Program-made: the position numbers and the translations under genes
Assembly: GCA_951406725.2 (NCBI GenBank)
Contig: OX597817.1
Location: forward strand, 70,866,001 to 70,930,000
Direction: 5' to 3'
Source of the DNA: Octopus vulgaris
Lineage: Eukaryota
DNA length: 64,000 nucleotides
The notes under the pieces: generated by a model
What the model was told of the DNA's origin: nothing
Database searches by the model: none
Seen by the model: the letters and a program-made list of their open reading frames with translations, nothing else
In this document: piece by piece, positions 42,054 to 54,940 of the stretch
Layout: each line of letters begins with the position of its first letter
How positions within the stretch are numbered: position 1 is the first letter of the stretch

Positions 42054-43175
42054 CAGGCATACATCAACTTACGTCGGTAATCAGTGCCAAACTTACGATT
42101 TAACTCGAAATCCGACGTAATACGAAAAATCATATTGAAAACTTTATTACCTTACGTCTGTTTTAATGGTTTGTATATACATATTTTCACATGTATGCTA
42201 TTTTATTTTCCACTTCAGTACTGGTTTCAAGGCGTTCTTTTATTTTTATTTTTTTTTATTTTTCATGCTTTTAAATATGTTCTTTGTCACCAGCGTGAAG
42301 TTGGATAAATCAACTGAGGTTGAGTTTTAGAATCTTTTCCTTTTGAACGGCAGATTTCAACACAATTTCTAGTTAACAAAACACTTTTAAACTTCGTATA
42401 CTGGTAGAATGTGTCAAAATAAAACATTTATTTTTCTCTTGGCTTTCTTGAGAAAATTGTAATTTATAAGTTTAACGTAGTTTAATTTTTCGAATTTTAA
42501 CCAATCGATTACCTGTATTTAGCTAAAATCATTTGCTGCGTCTAAAACTGAGACAACATCCTGTCACTGACCCTAACCCTAACCCCAACCCCAACACTAA
42601 CCCTAACCCTAACCCTAAATTTTAGCCTTTCGTTTTTTTTCTTAATTGTTAAATTAATTTAATTGTTACGCGTGTGTCTAAAATTATTCATTTTGTTTTT
42701 GTTTTGAGATACACGTGTATTGTTTAAACTATTTTCCATTGCTTAAGAAAAAAAAAACGAAAGGCTAAAACGAAAGCAATGGAAAATGATTTAAACAATT
42801 AACAAACAAAATAATTCTATAATTTTATACGCACGCTTTCCGAACGTAAACACAACAGTGACAGGATGTTGTCTCAGTTTTAGACGCAGCAAATGATTTT
42901 AGCTCAATAGAGGCGATTCATTGGTTAAAATTCGAAAAATTAAACTACGTTAAACAAACAAATTACAATTTTCTCAAGAAAGCCAAGACAAAAAAATGTT
43001 TTATTTTGACACATTCTACGAGTATACGAAGTTTAAAAGTGTTTAGTTAACTAGAAATTGTGTTGAAAACTGCCGTTCAAAAGGAAAAGATCCGAGTTTT
43101 ATTTCTTAAAACCTACAAAACGACGTTAAGTCGAAAAAGACGTAACTCGAAACTACTTCAGTTGAGGTATACATG
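42054..43175. mobile_element. Old pogo/Tigger-like MITE interrupted by the element at 42330-43093
   Basis: Imperfect TIRs caggcatacatcaacttacg and cttcagttgaggtatacatg, with subterminal cgacgtaa/ctcgaa repeats. Confidence 0.55.
42330..43093. mobile_element. MITE with TIRs of about 240 bp, an 8-bp TSD and internal telomeric repeats (possibly Merlin-like)
   Basis: TIRs at 42330-42569 and 42856-43093 (G(G)ATCTTTTCC...GGAAAAGATCC). TSD gagtttta at 42322-42329 and 43094-43101. (CCCTAA)n at 42570-42617. Confidence 0.9.
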
Positions 43176-43234
43176 TGTATGGTAGGCATTTATTGAGCTG
43201 ACAAAACGTGGTTGCAAACTGGTGACTGAAAAAC

Positions 43235-43482
43235 CAGTGGTTCTCAACCAGGATTCATATGATTCTTGGGGGTATATGTAAGATTTTGCAGTTAAAATTT
43301 TATGTTCAATAAATCTTTTATACTTCTATAATACACAAAATATTTTAACAATTTTTTTAATGCAATTCCTTATAATATTATAAAAATATATGATTTTTTA
43401 ATCATCGCATGGTTAAAGGGGTCCACCCGAATAAAACAGGAATCAAGAGGGTTCATAGGAAGACAAAGGTTGAGAACCACTC
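43235..43482. mobile_element. hAT/Charlie-type MITE
   Basis: TIRs CAGTGGTTCTCAACC and GGTTGAGAACCACTC. Confidence 0.75.
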
Positions 43483-43632
43483 GTGTAAAGCTAATATTTC
43501 GCCGTTCTGGTTTCGATCCTTTCTTCGAAGTAAATGGATTGTTATAAAGGAATTTGATGAACGAAGAAAAAAAAACTGTATGGTTATGATGTTTCAATCG
43601 CAACTATTTTCGCGGTGGACCAGTGAATGCTA

Positions 43633-43730
43633 TTTGGAATTTATAAGACTGACATTGCGGATTTCTATCTTATATATATATATGTATATATAAGATAGAA
43701 ATCCGCAATGTCAGTCTTATAAATTCCAAA
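43633..43730. repeat. Perfect inverted repeat centred on a short (TA)n
   Basis: tttggaatttataagactgacattgcggatttctatctt and its exact reverse complement flank tatatatatatatgtatatat. Confidence 0.9.
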
Positions 43731-43779
43731 CATAAACAAACTTTAAAAGCGCCGAATCTGTTGGTGGTCATTTACAGAC

Positions 43780-44221
43780 AAGAAAGTAGATTTCGAACGC
43801 AATATAGCTGAGAAAACAGCCGAGAAAGATTGGGCATTTACAATTAGAAGACGGAGAATAAAATTGCCTGCAGGCGACAAAGGAGAATCGAACACCATAC
43901 TTCTCAGATCACCGGCTGAGTGCTCTGTACCATTACGCTAAACGGCCCCCTTTTGACACCTACCGTCAATTTTAATGTTAAGTAATAGTTTCATGGCATG
44001 TGGAAACATTTTATAAACAAATATTAGAAGCGCTGAATGTGTTGGTACATAGCAGCCACTTAGCCTAATGGTATAAAGCACTCAACAGGATCTGATAGGT
44101 GCGCGGTTCGATTTTCCGTAGCCTCCCACTGGCAATTTTTTCTGTCTTCTAAGAGTAAATACCTAATCTTTCTCCGCTGTTTCATTGCTATACTACGTTC
44201 GAAATTGACTGTTTTGTGTGT

Positions 44222-44222
<1 letters not shown>
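43780..44222. mobile_element. Divergently oriented pair of diverged tRNA-derived units
   Basis: The plus unit from about 44055 (ttagcctaatggt..ggttcgatt) and the minus unit from about 43950 (ttagcgtaatggt..gttcgattc) share about 170 bp in inverted orientation. Confidence 0.55.
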
Positions 44223-44579
<357 letters not shown>

Positions 44580-44675
44580 TATTCAGTGAGAGAGAGAGAG
44601 AGAGCAAAAGAAAAAGAGATTATATATATACATACCTACATATATAGAATATATATGCATATAAATATTTATATA

Positions 44676-44823
<148 letters not shown>

Positions 44824-45110
44824 TATATATATATATTTATATATATATATATATATGCATATAATATAGCACCTTTGTCACAAATTCCCTCAGAGATAAC
44901 CAGTCAACATCCAGTTCCTAAAAGATTGCTTGCCTTTATTCACTTAACCAGCCTCTTTCTGTTTGTATCATCTGTGACCTCATGTAATATCGTTTAGGAT
45001 TCTCGTTGCCTCTAACATTCAAACAACGATTGAATAATTGTGAACGTATTCATATGAAAGAAATTACTCATCCACCAATGCGATGTTCCCTACTCCTGTA
45101 GATTTGTAAT

Positions 45111-45146
<36 letters not shown>

Positions 45147-45491
45147 TGTGCGTGTGTGTGTGTGTGTGTGCGTGTGTGCATGTGTGTGTGTGTGTGTGTG
45201 TATGTACTTTTTTGTGTTCACATCTGTTTTATTTTTACCGGTACAAATTGATAAGTTCCATCCTTGATGTCAAAACCGTAACTTTATAATAAATAGTGCG
45301 CGATACAATAAATACCAATTTGATATAAGAAGTGGAATCGATGTGAGGCAACCAAATTCTTGATAGCAATACTCACGTATTACAGACAGTCCTATGACTG
45401 AAACCAGTATAAGAATTAAGGAATGAAAGAATGGCTATGAAAAAAAAAAAATGGAGATGATTGCCAGCAAAAATAAAGACTATTTAGAAAC

Positions 45492-45564
<73 letters not shown>

Positions 45565-45614
45565 AACGTTTTTGTATTTTTCTATTTTTATGATTTCTCT
45601 TGGTATGTTCTTTC

Positions 45615-45763
45615 TCACGTATTGCTGGTATCGTTTTTCTGCGATATTTTATCCCTTTTCTTGACGCAACTTTCAACAGAAAATAATGTCGCGCTGATAA
45701 ATAATAAAACGCCATTCACAATGAAAGCGTATTCGTATGTTCCCATTGCATCTCGTAAGCGCC
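45615..45763 (-). CDS. SLC16A: SLC16/monocarboxylate transporter family gene, terminal coding exon (TM12 and C-terminal tail)
   Basis: Not in the ORF track. The minus strand reads ttattttctcttcctag|GG CGC TTA CGA GAT..., encoding (G)RLRDAMGTYEYAFIVNGVLLFISATLFSVESCVKKRDKISQKNDTSNT*. This matches the MCT GxLxDxTGxY motif, and phase 1 fits the preceding exon (PLI-G). Confidence 0.88.
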
Positions 45764-45891
45764 CTAGGAAGAGAAAATAAAAATAAAAAAATATTATTAT
45801 GTAATTATTTTATACTGTGCTTCTTGTTCAATTTTCAATTTTCAGTTAACGTTTTTCTCTTATTTCTGACTTATTATTACTATTATTATTA

Positions 45892-45947
<56 letters not shown>

Positions 45948-46492
45948 GAGTGAGCGAGCAGAGCATGCCATCAAAGTGACACTGGGGTAAAATATACGAA
46001 GCCCAATATACCCATCATGACTACCCGTCTGATAAGGGTACACCAGGCACATGCATCACAACCATATGTGCGCGACATGGTGATCTCATATCAAGATAAA
46101 CAGCACATGACCTTGCATGTGGGGCCCAGTTAGAATTTTCTTCAGGTTGAGTAGCTCAAAAGGCCCCTGAATAAGGATTGTTTAAGGATGTTGAAAGAAC
46201 CACCCATGTTTCCAGAGGTGAATTATTCAAACCCCAAAGAATCCCTCTCAACACATGGCTATGATGCTCCCCCACTACTTCTGCTCGTGATCAGAGATGC
46301 ACATATCGTCAGCCACTAAGGGAAATGCTCAACTGGTTACGGTCAAACAACTGACAAGCAAATCTGTGGTACTGAGCAGAATATTTGCTGTAGCCCATAT
46401 TTTATACCAAGACAAAACAGTGTACATGATAACACTTGCAATCAGTTAAGATCAGAAGCCATGAGAGCCACTGCCTGGTACTGCATCAGGGC

Positions 46493-46495
<3 letters not shown>
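45948..46495. mobile_element. Interspersed repeat of about 550 bp inserted in a (TTA)n array (MCT intron)
   Basis: Long (TTA)n on both sides; a second copy is at 38297-38672. Confidence 0.8.
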
Positions 46496-46559
<64 letters not shown>

Positions 46560-46689
46560 GTGATAAAATAAGTACCATTTGACCACTGGGGTCGATGTAA
46601 TCGGCTTATCCCCTTCTCCCGAACTTGCTGGCCTTGTGTAAAAACTTTAAATCATCGTCATTATCATTATTTTCTCTTTATCACAGGTT

Positions 46690-46960
46690 TTGTTGGAGCT
46701 CCTGGATTCTTGCATGCGTAGTGGGCTTATTACCTGCAGCCTATGGTACCATGCTATCAGTTCTTTTCAGCTATCTAATACGTTCCTGATTATTCTTGCC
46801 ATACCGAAGAGGCAAACCTTTTGTAACAGTTCTACTCGGCACTCTATTCCAATTTCCTTTGATGTTTTCTGATACTGTTCCCAATGACCCAACAATAATT
46901 GGCACTATCTTCACCTTCTTTAATTTCCATAGCCGGGCTATTTCGTACTTAAGAGGGTCG

Positions 46961-47042
<82 letters not shown>

Positions 47043-47225
47043 ACTATCTTTTCACCGTCCTTCTTGACTATTCGTGGGTGAAAGGAGCATGTAACATCAA
47101 CTATATAGCATATGTGGTGCACCTTGTCTACCACCACAAAGTCCGGTCTGTTATGCTCTAGCACCTGATCTGTTTAGATTAGGAAATCCCAGAGGATTTT
47201 GCTAGTCTCCGACTCCGCTGCACTG
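46690..47225 (-). mobile_element. R4/Dong-like non-LTR retrotransposon 3' end (REL endonuclease), second family
   Basis: Encodes KILWDFLI*TDQVLEHNRPDFVVVDK..CYIVDV..EIARLWKLKKVKIVPIIVGSLGTV..LLQKVCLFGMARIIRNVL, interrupted by (TCTA)n. Confidence 0.8.
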
Positions 47226-47387
47226 CGGTTTGTGCTCAGATGTGCATGATCTGGCGTGTGGGGTGGGTTGGAGAAAGCTTGCTTATTCAATCATTTTGTT
47301 GCCATATTACTGTTGAAATATACTGCCTTTTGTTTTTCAATTAATTTTGAAAGTAATGAAGAATTTAGTAATATATCTTTGTTATAA

Positions 47388-47583
47388 TTGGTTTCAAATT
47401 TTGGCACAAGGCCAGCAATTAAGAGAAGGGGCTACATCTACCCCAGTGATCAACTGGTACTTATGTTATCAACCTCCAAAGGATGAAAGGCAAAGTCGAC
47501 CTCGGAGGAATTTGAACTCAGAACGTAAAGACGGACGAAATACCACTCAGCATTTTGTCCAGCGTGCTAACGATTCTACCAGC
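47388..47583 (-). mobile_element. tRNA-derived SINE, family C (diverged)
   Basis: Contains aaggatgaaaggcaaagtcgacctcggaggaatttgaactcagaacg. Confidence 0.75.
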
Positions 47584-48900
47584 ACAGTCACCTTTAAGTT
47601 TGGTATTATTAAACTAGTGTTTGGGGCATAATTTAACATAAAATTTCGTCGGAAAGTTTAAATTTAGATCACTTTAAAACAGAGAGTTTGTGTTATAGAG
47701 CTAGAGGCTGTTTTAGGCGGATTTGGGGTAACAGGCTAGAGGTGGTTTCAGGTAGGTTGGTATCAAAAAGGGTTAACGGCCTCAAGTGACTAAATTGACT
47801 GGTTTCTTTTTAGACAGACATTATGTGTGTGCGTATACATGCACGTACACACGCTTACACACACACACAAACCTTACTCTGAAAATGCAATACTACTTTC
47901 ACCGAAGTCAAAAATATTTATTGTTGAAGTTACCAGATGTAGTTTGTGAGTGTGTGCGTTTATGTGTGTGTGTGTGGGGGGGTGTATATTTGTGTGTGTG
48001 TGTGTGTGGTTTGCAAGTCAGTGTTCATTCATTTAATTTTTGTAAGTATTCGTATGTATGTATACTCCACTATGTCGTTTTTTTTTAGCTTCTTGGGTAT
48101 ACTAATCAAACAGACCAATGGACAAGCATGTTCCAGCTGTGACTATTCCCTTTTCAAGCGCAGTAAATATATGATTACATTTTCATACCATCCTAAAGAT
48201 TATAGAGCAGGCATGGGAAACCTTTTTTCGAAAAGCAGGCCACCTGAAACATGACTCATCAGGCGGCCCGCACTACTAAAAAATTTCAAGGTAATTTTTC
48301 GCTAAACGTGCCATTTAGAAATTCTCGCGGGTTTCAGGTTGCCCAAAATTGTTGCAGAGTATAATTTCAGAGAAATTTGGCAGCTATTTATCTATTTTTC
48401 TATCTATTATTTATTTCTCTCGTAGGTACAGGGCTTGATGTTTTTGACGAGAGAAGTCAGTCGATTATATCGACCTTCAAAGGATGTAAGGCAAAATCAA
48501 CTTCAGTACAATTTGAACTCAGATCGTAAAACCAGAATAAATGATATAAAACATTTTGTCCTAATGCTGACGGCTCGCCGCCTCTTTATTTGGTAGCTGT
48601 TCATAGTACAGTGAGTAACTTGGGAAAGCAACCGCTTTAGCTAGTGTTCTTTGTATATGTAATGTTCATATATTGTTTTGTTCTTCCACCCCAACTTTAG
48701 AACTGATCGTGTAGAACAATGACGTCAAAATATTTCATTCACGACTGTCTCATCTTTTTGTTTCAAGATTCAATACTTCTAAGATTACATCATCCAAAGT
48801 GTCATTTGATTTCCTTTGCATCTTCTAAGATGATAGGTTGTGATGAGATACAACGGAGATTTGACGACTGTGTCTACCAGCGCAAACAATCACATACATA

Positions 48901-49777
48901 ACATTTTATTTTATCAAGATTCAGTATTACATGGGAAAATACAGGCAAGAGAAATAATATGCTTAAGATTATAAACCTGGAAAATTACAGAACAAGTTAT
49001 TACACTTGGAAAAGTTCAGGACAAGTTATTACATCTGGTAAAGAACAGAACAAGAAAAGTTTTACTTAAAAGGATAAAATTTCAAATAAAAAGTTTAGAT
49101 TTAGAAAATATTAGCTTTTATTAAAAGTTATTACTTCTATTTGTTATTACTTGTTATTTCTATTAAAAATAAAAAGTTAACTAAAAAGATTATTTTTGCA
49201 CTTAAAAAAATTCATTTTTTAATCATTAATCAATAATTAGAAATTTGAAAATGAGTTATGAAAAATTACAGTAATACATAATTAGTACAATAAATAGAAT
49301 AATACAAAAATTAGTTATATATTACAGTAAAATCTACCTTGAGTTTTTGGCTCAAGTTATTGCCAAGTCTTCACATTTTTAGTCTTGACCCAATGCCTAT
49401 TTTTACATAATGAATTTGCCTACCATATATACTATTCTACTTTGCATAAAACTTTAGCTATATTGGTACATCTGGTTGTCATTTTTAAAGTATTCTAGTG
49501 TGTCAATATTTTAACAAAATGATGGTACCTTTTTTCATTATAATGTTACTTTGTAAATTAAAATCAAATAACTTTTCATATTCAAATTTTATCCTTAGTT
49601 GCAATATGTTAAGTAAAACTTTTCTTGTTCTGTTCTTTACCAGATGTAATAACTTGTCCTGAACTTTTCCAAGTGTAATAACTTGTCCTGTAATTTTCCA
49701 GGTTTATAATCTTAAGCATATTATTTCTCTTGCTCGTATTTTCCCATGTAATACTGAATCTTGATAAAATAAAATGT
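48901..49777. mobile_element. MITE/foldback element with near-identical TIRs of about 170 bp (MCT intron)
   Basis: 48901-49068 is the reverse complement of 49609-49777, with internal subrepeats acaagttattaca. The TSD is not clear. Confidence 0.85.
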
Positions 49778-50757
49778 AATCCATGTTTTTTCCCGGGCTA
49801 TGCTATTATGCTAATCAATAATGTGTCAAATGTGTCAATTAGCAGTGTCGTTAATAATTTTTTCCTTACCTCAATGACACATAGATTAAGTCCCCTTATA
49901 GAACTATATTATCATCCTCATATTTGAGAAACAAACACCCAACATTTTTCTTTTAAAACTTCATTACATGAGATTGATTCCATGAAATTCCTCGAACTGA
50001 GCTCTATCATTTGAGCTTAATTAAAATATATAGTGTGTTTTTGAAATTAAAAATTAATTATACTTGAATCCAATTTTTTGCCTTATACTTTTTTTATACA
50101 CATTTTTGTTGCATGGGAACAAAACTATGAAATTCTTCATGCTTTCTTCTATCATTGAACCTAAGATAAATATATTTTGCTTTTTAAATAAAAAAGTTAT
50201 TTAGATACTTGATTGGTGACGTTACTTACTCTCCTATAACGTTGCTACATATTTTGATGTAAACTTTTTGCTACTGAATCAAATCTCAATTTGTTTATGC
50301 TAAAATGTAGCTGAAGACCAGTCATCTTCAAAAATGTTAACAGTTTTCAATTTGGTTAAGAACTTAATTAGCGACAAGCTCTGAAAGATGGTGCGTGTGA
50401 GTAAATTGCGGCCTTAAGAATATTATTCAACTACTACCGTAGTTGAATGATATCAAGAATCACACACTCCTCGATGTATCCTTCCAGTTTTTGATCATCC
50501 ACCAAGATAATGGTAGAAATCTGACTTTTATTTTTTGCAGGTCAAAAGACCACATAGATGACCCTTACTTGGTTCGTCGTTTACATAAAAGTGCGACATC
50601 TGCGTGTTTGTGTGTGTATTGGGTGGGTAGGGGTGGATTTGTGTGTGTGTGTGTATTTTGTATATCTGTTCATGTGAATGTGCGTGGATGTGGCCTGGTA
50701 GAAAAATGCTTGGCAACATAATGCAAAAACTAAACGTTGACAATGAATTGGACTTAC

Positions 50758-52104
50758 CTATTAGAGGATATACACCAGTAGCACACAATCCGAATACTAA
50801 ATAGCTCATACTGAGCCCCTGAGGCAGTTTCGTGACACCGATGAAGTCTGTGAGTATAGTTGTATTAAGAGCAAAGAAGACGCCACAGCACAAACCATAA
50901 ACCACGGTGAACAGAGCAAAAGACAAATAGGTTGTAAACAGCATAATACTAAAGCAAGAAATCGCATTGATAAATAAAACACAAGTTATAAATCGGGTCC
51001 GGTGCATTTTGGGATGATCGGCTGTGACGCTTGTGGCTATTCGGGCAAAAATATCAGCACATCCCGAATACGACAGAATCATTGTCCCCTGATCGCGAGA
51101 CAGTCCTAGCTCCTCGGCACGAGCTGGAAAATAATTATGCATGATGCCGCTACCACAACAACCAAAAGTGTAGCCAAAGAGGAAAAGGACATATATTTTT
51201 TGCTTCAATAGAGACACATCAACGCTCTTATAAATCATTTTGAAAGATTTTGACATTGTTTCAAATTTGGATGGCTCTTTGATAAAACCGGTGTGACCAA
51301 CATCATCTGATAAAATTGAGCTCTTACGGATGTTCATCCGGGCTCTTGCATGAGTACTAGATATAGATTCGTCTTGAAGACTAACAGCAGAGCCGAATCC
51401 CATCATAGAATCCCCGAAATAACTCGGTTTGATTCTGTGTTGGATGTGTAAACTTAAAGATCCTATATCGGCACCAGTTGATGCTTTTCGGAAATATTCG
51501 GTGAAAGCTCTTGATTTTCGGCGAGTAGAAGGCATTTCTGTTTCGGTGATACAACGAGAACTACCACACAGAGATATGTCTGGTGATTTATCATCAGTAT
51601 TCACTGGAATGAATTTGATGCAAACGTCCGTGTTCCTTCGATCTCCAATTTTTCTGGCTACCGAAATCATCTTCGGGTGGTTAGTATGGTTACCGATGGA
51701 TGGCTTTCCGTTTATATCTTTGGCTCCTTCATCTTTTGAGTGGCTTGAAATCAGATTATTTGTTGCAGAATCACAATCAGGAAGTTCACCATTTCGTTTC
51801 AAAGAGAATGCGTTCGCGTTGTCATAAGTCGAAGGAAATTCACATTGAGACAAGCGTCTTCGGTAAAAATCAGTTGGCCTCAAAAGGGAGCCGAAAAAGA
51901 AGCAATGTGAAAGAATGCTCGCATGTAACAGCAGTGCACCTCGTAACCCGTACTCCGATATACAGTAACTTATGAGGGGTGCCAAAGAAAACTGCCCAAC
52001 AGTCGAACCGCATGAGGCAAAAGCGTTTGCAGAGCCTCTGTATTTCTTGAAATAATGTCCAACTATTACAACACTTGGACCATACATAAAACCCAGACCA
52101 ATAC
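50758..52104 (-). CDS. SLC16A: SLC16/monocarboxylate transporter family gene, large coding exon (TM4-TM11 with a long central loop)
   Basis: Lies inside ORF 50528..52147, with acceptor ttttttttatttccag at 52105 and donor G|gtaagt at 50757. It carries the MCT motifs GIGLGFMYGPSVVIVGHYFKKYRGSANAFASCGS, YGLRGALL and TM8 DIFAR (the conserved Asp/Arg pair). The ORF ends beyond the splice sites are intronic. Confidence 0.93.
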
Positions 52105-52325
52105 CTGGAAATAAAAAAAAAGCGTAAGAAAATAAACGTGAATCCATACATAGTTAGGTAATGCGCGCATTCATACATAAATGCATGCATTCTTATACAC
52201 AGGCATGCATGGAGAAATGCACACACATGTGTGTGTGTGTGTATGTCTATGTACATTTACGTATGGTAGATGCATGCATGGATAAATACATATATTTATA
52301 CATACAGGCATACATAAATACATGT

Positions 52326-52622
52326 GGAGGCGCAATGGCCCAGTAGTTAGGGCAGCGGACTCGCGGTCGTAGGATCGTGGTTACGATTCCCAGACCGGGC
52401 ATTGTGAGGGTTAATTGAGTGAAAACACCTAAAAGTTCCACGAAGCTCCAGCAAGGGGTGGTGGCGATCCCTGCTGTACTCTTTCGCCACAGCTTTCTCT
52501 CACTCTTTCTTCTGTTGGCCTGCTCGCTTAGGGGTGGCGTCATAAAACAATGCGAAGCGCATTGTGACCAGCGATGTGTAGCAACATCTGATATCCTGGT
52601 CGGTCACGGTGATCATGGTGAT
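52326..52622 (+). mobile_element. tRNA-derived SINE with a family A head and an alternative 3' half
   Basis: The head matches 8021 and 17065 up to ctttctctcactct, then continues with sequence shared with 62650-62775. Confidence 0.8.
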
Positions 52623-53908
52623 ATAAATGCATACAAGTATGTGTGTGCGCGAGTGTGTCTGTGTGTGTGTGTGTATGTGTGTAAGTATGTTTGTGCATTT
52701 ACGTATGGTAAAGAGAGATTTTTCTCCACAGTAACTGCAGTGTATTTGCCTTTATCAGTTGAAATATGTGACAAACATATTTCAACTAACCTAAACACTG
52801 CCGCATTCCAGTTTCTAAGGGAACTAGTTGGGGCCACAGCAGCACGCCATTTAGTAAATTAAGCAAATGTCGATAAGGTCATTTAAATAAGTAAGTATAC
52901 CTAGAGGAGAGAAATGTACTCATGTATTTTTTAATGTTTATTGTAGCATTGAGCTTATATTTGCGACTTTTTCCAATTATTCGTGTCCAAGATATGCAAA
53001 CTTAAATGCCATGTGTGCCAGTGTATAAACTGATTGGATGCTTTACACATGTAACCAAAGTTGAGCTACCCTTCACTCAGCCATCACCAATGCTAACAAC
53101 TTACCGTTATAAAACAATTAAGGTTCATAAGTATAAACTTGGGTTACAAAGAGTGCCCCTATTCCTTTACAGGGGAATTTTTAAGGTTGAAACGTCGATA
53201 TACGAAATATCCATAGATCACAAAATGGTAAAAGTTAGTTTGCCATGATGAAAAGGAGAGGTGTATCATCTGAGAACCCTAACTAGCCCGGTGGAGGTGC
53301 GTGGCATGATCACAAGATCGTGGTTTCAATTCCTGGACCAAGCGACACGTTGTGTTTTTGGTCAAAAAACTTCATTTCACGTTGCTCCAGTCCACTCAGC
53401 AGGCAAAAATGAGTAATCCTGTAACAGGCTGGCGTCCTGTCCAGGCGGGGAATTTACATGCCATGGAAACAAGGAAAACAGCCCTTATCTTTTACCTAAC
53501 TAGCTCTTCCAAATTAATTTATTACACTATTCATACTTTACGTGTTCACTCAGACCTTTACTCATTTTCACGGACTAGACTAGGCTGGAGGCAAACTCTT
53601 TCGAAAAGCGGGCAGCATGGAGCATTACTCACCTTCATGAGTGCTACAACACTAAAACAAAATTCAAGGTAATTTTTCATTAGGTGCACTGGTCAGAAAG
53701 TCACGTGAGCTGCGGTTTGCCACTGATTGGACTAGACTGTATCACTATTATATATATATATGAACGTGGTATTTTTGTTTAGTTAAATTAAATCGATCGT
53801 TTTCTTAAATCGCATTTCTATCAATTTCTATTCCTTCTAAAATTCTTTCGACCTGTCATTTGAAAATAGATACACACGCATACACATACACGCACGCACA
53901 CACGAGCG

Positions 53909-53966
<58 letters not shown>

Positions 53967-54472
53967 TGCATATTGACGAGTAATATATTTCACAATGTAA
54001 TTGATCAACAGATCTCACATGGAGTACTGCGACTGTCATGGTATTCTGTATAGAGTGCAGTATTGAAGTCAAGTTATATCATTTATGATCACATTGTAAC
54101 AACTTAGTATATTGCGTGGGAATTGTAATATGGTGGTCAGGATATGCGTCGTGTATTATTGCTGCTTAGCAACGGATCAGCCTCGATTAAACAAACCAAT
54201 GATGAAAAGCGTTCTGTTCATGCGCATCACGTTTTTTTTTTTTTTGTTTTGTTTTGCTTGAATTCAGTCAGTATCTACAACTATTAGATGTGTCCTTTTA
54301 AAGGTAGTAAAATTTGTTTTTAGGATAAATTTGGCTGCTAAACATTTAGCAGACTGAGTCATTCTCGTAGAGAGTTTTGGAATATCACAACCAGCATTGT
54401 GTTATTGGTTAACTCTAAGTGAATCTTCATCCAAAATATATCTGAAGAAAATCATTCTAACAGTAACATCCC

Positions 54473-54940
54473 AAGAGTCCAGAAGCTGGCTACCCGCATG
54501 GTTCATGGTCTCAAAAATGTGTCTTATGAAGAAAGGCTGAGGACGCTCGACCTATATTCTCTAGAAAAACGCCGCCGCCGTGGTGATCTCATTCTCGCTC
54601 ACAACATCATAAGCGGAAAGTGTAACCTCTCGAAAGAGCTGTTCTTCACTCCTGCTCCAGAGTGTCGGCTGCGGGGTCATTCCGAAAAGCTCTACCTGCG
54701 ACGATTTCATCTCAATCGAAGGAGAGGAGCTTTCTCCGTCCGGGTTGCGGATCCGTGGAACAAGCTGCCAGACGAGATGGTGAAGATGCCGACGACCGCT
54801 TTGTTCAAAGTCTCCCTTGACCTCAAGTGGCCTGAACTCTTTACATGAACACCACCCTGTACTTAACTCCATGTCCCCCTACATGGCCTTGCTATTTGCT
54901 TTTGAGCCAAATTAACTAACTAACTAACTAACTAACTAAC
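54473..54940 (+). mobile_element. CR1-clade LINE, 5'-truncated 3' end with (AACT)n tail
   Basis: ORF 54498..54848 encodes SYEERLRTLDLYSLEKRRRRGDLI..LRGHSEKL..RRGAFSVRVADPWNKLP; the tail is aactaactaac. Confidence 0.92.

Noticed and set aside
42570-42617. Chromosome end or fusion scar
   Set aside because: It is a short single-orientation tract lying inside a TIR/TSD-bounded element.
50526-50600. Plus-strand exon after ttttattttttgcag
   Set aside because: The acceptor-like site has no convincing donor or recognisable peptide and runs into (TG)n.
50528-52147. 539-aa single-exon MCT protein as given by the ORF track
   Set aside because: Both ends run through splice sites into introns. The true exon is 50758-52104.
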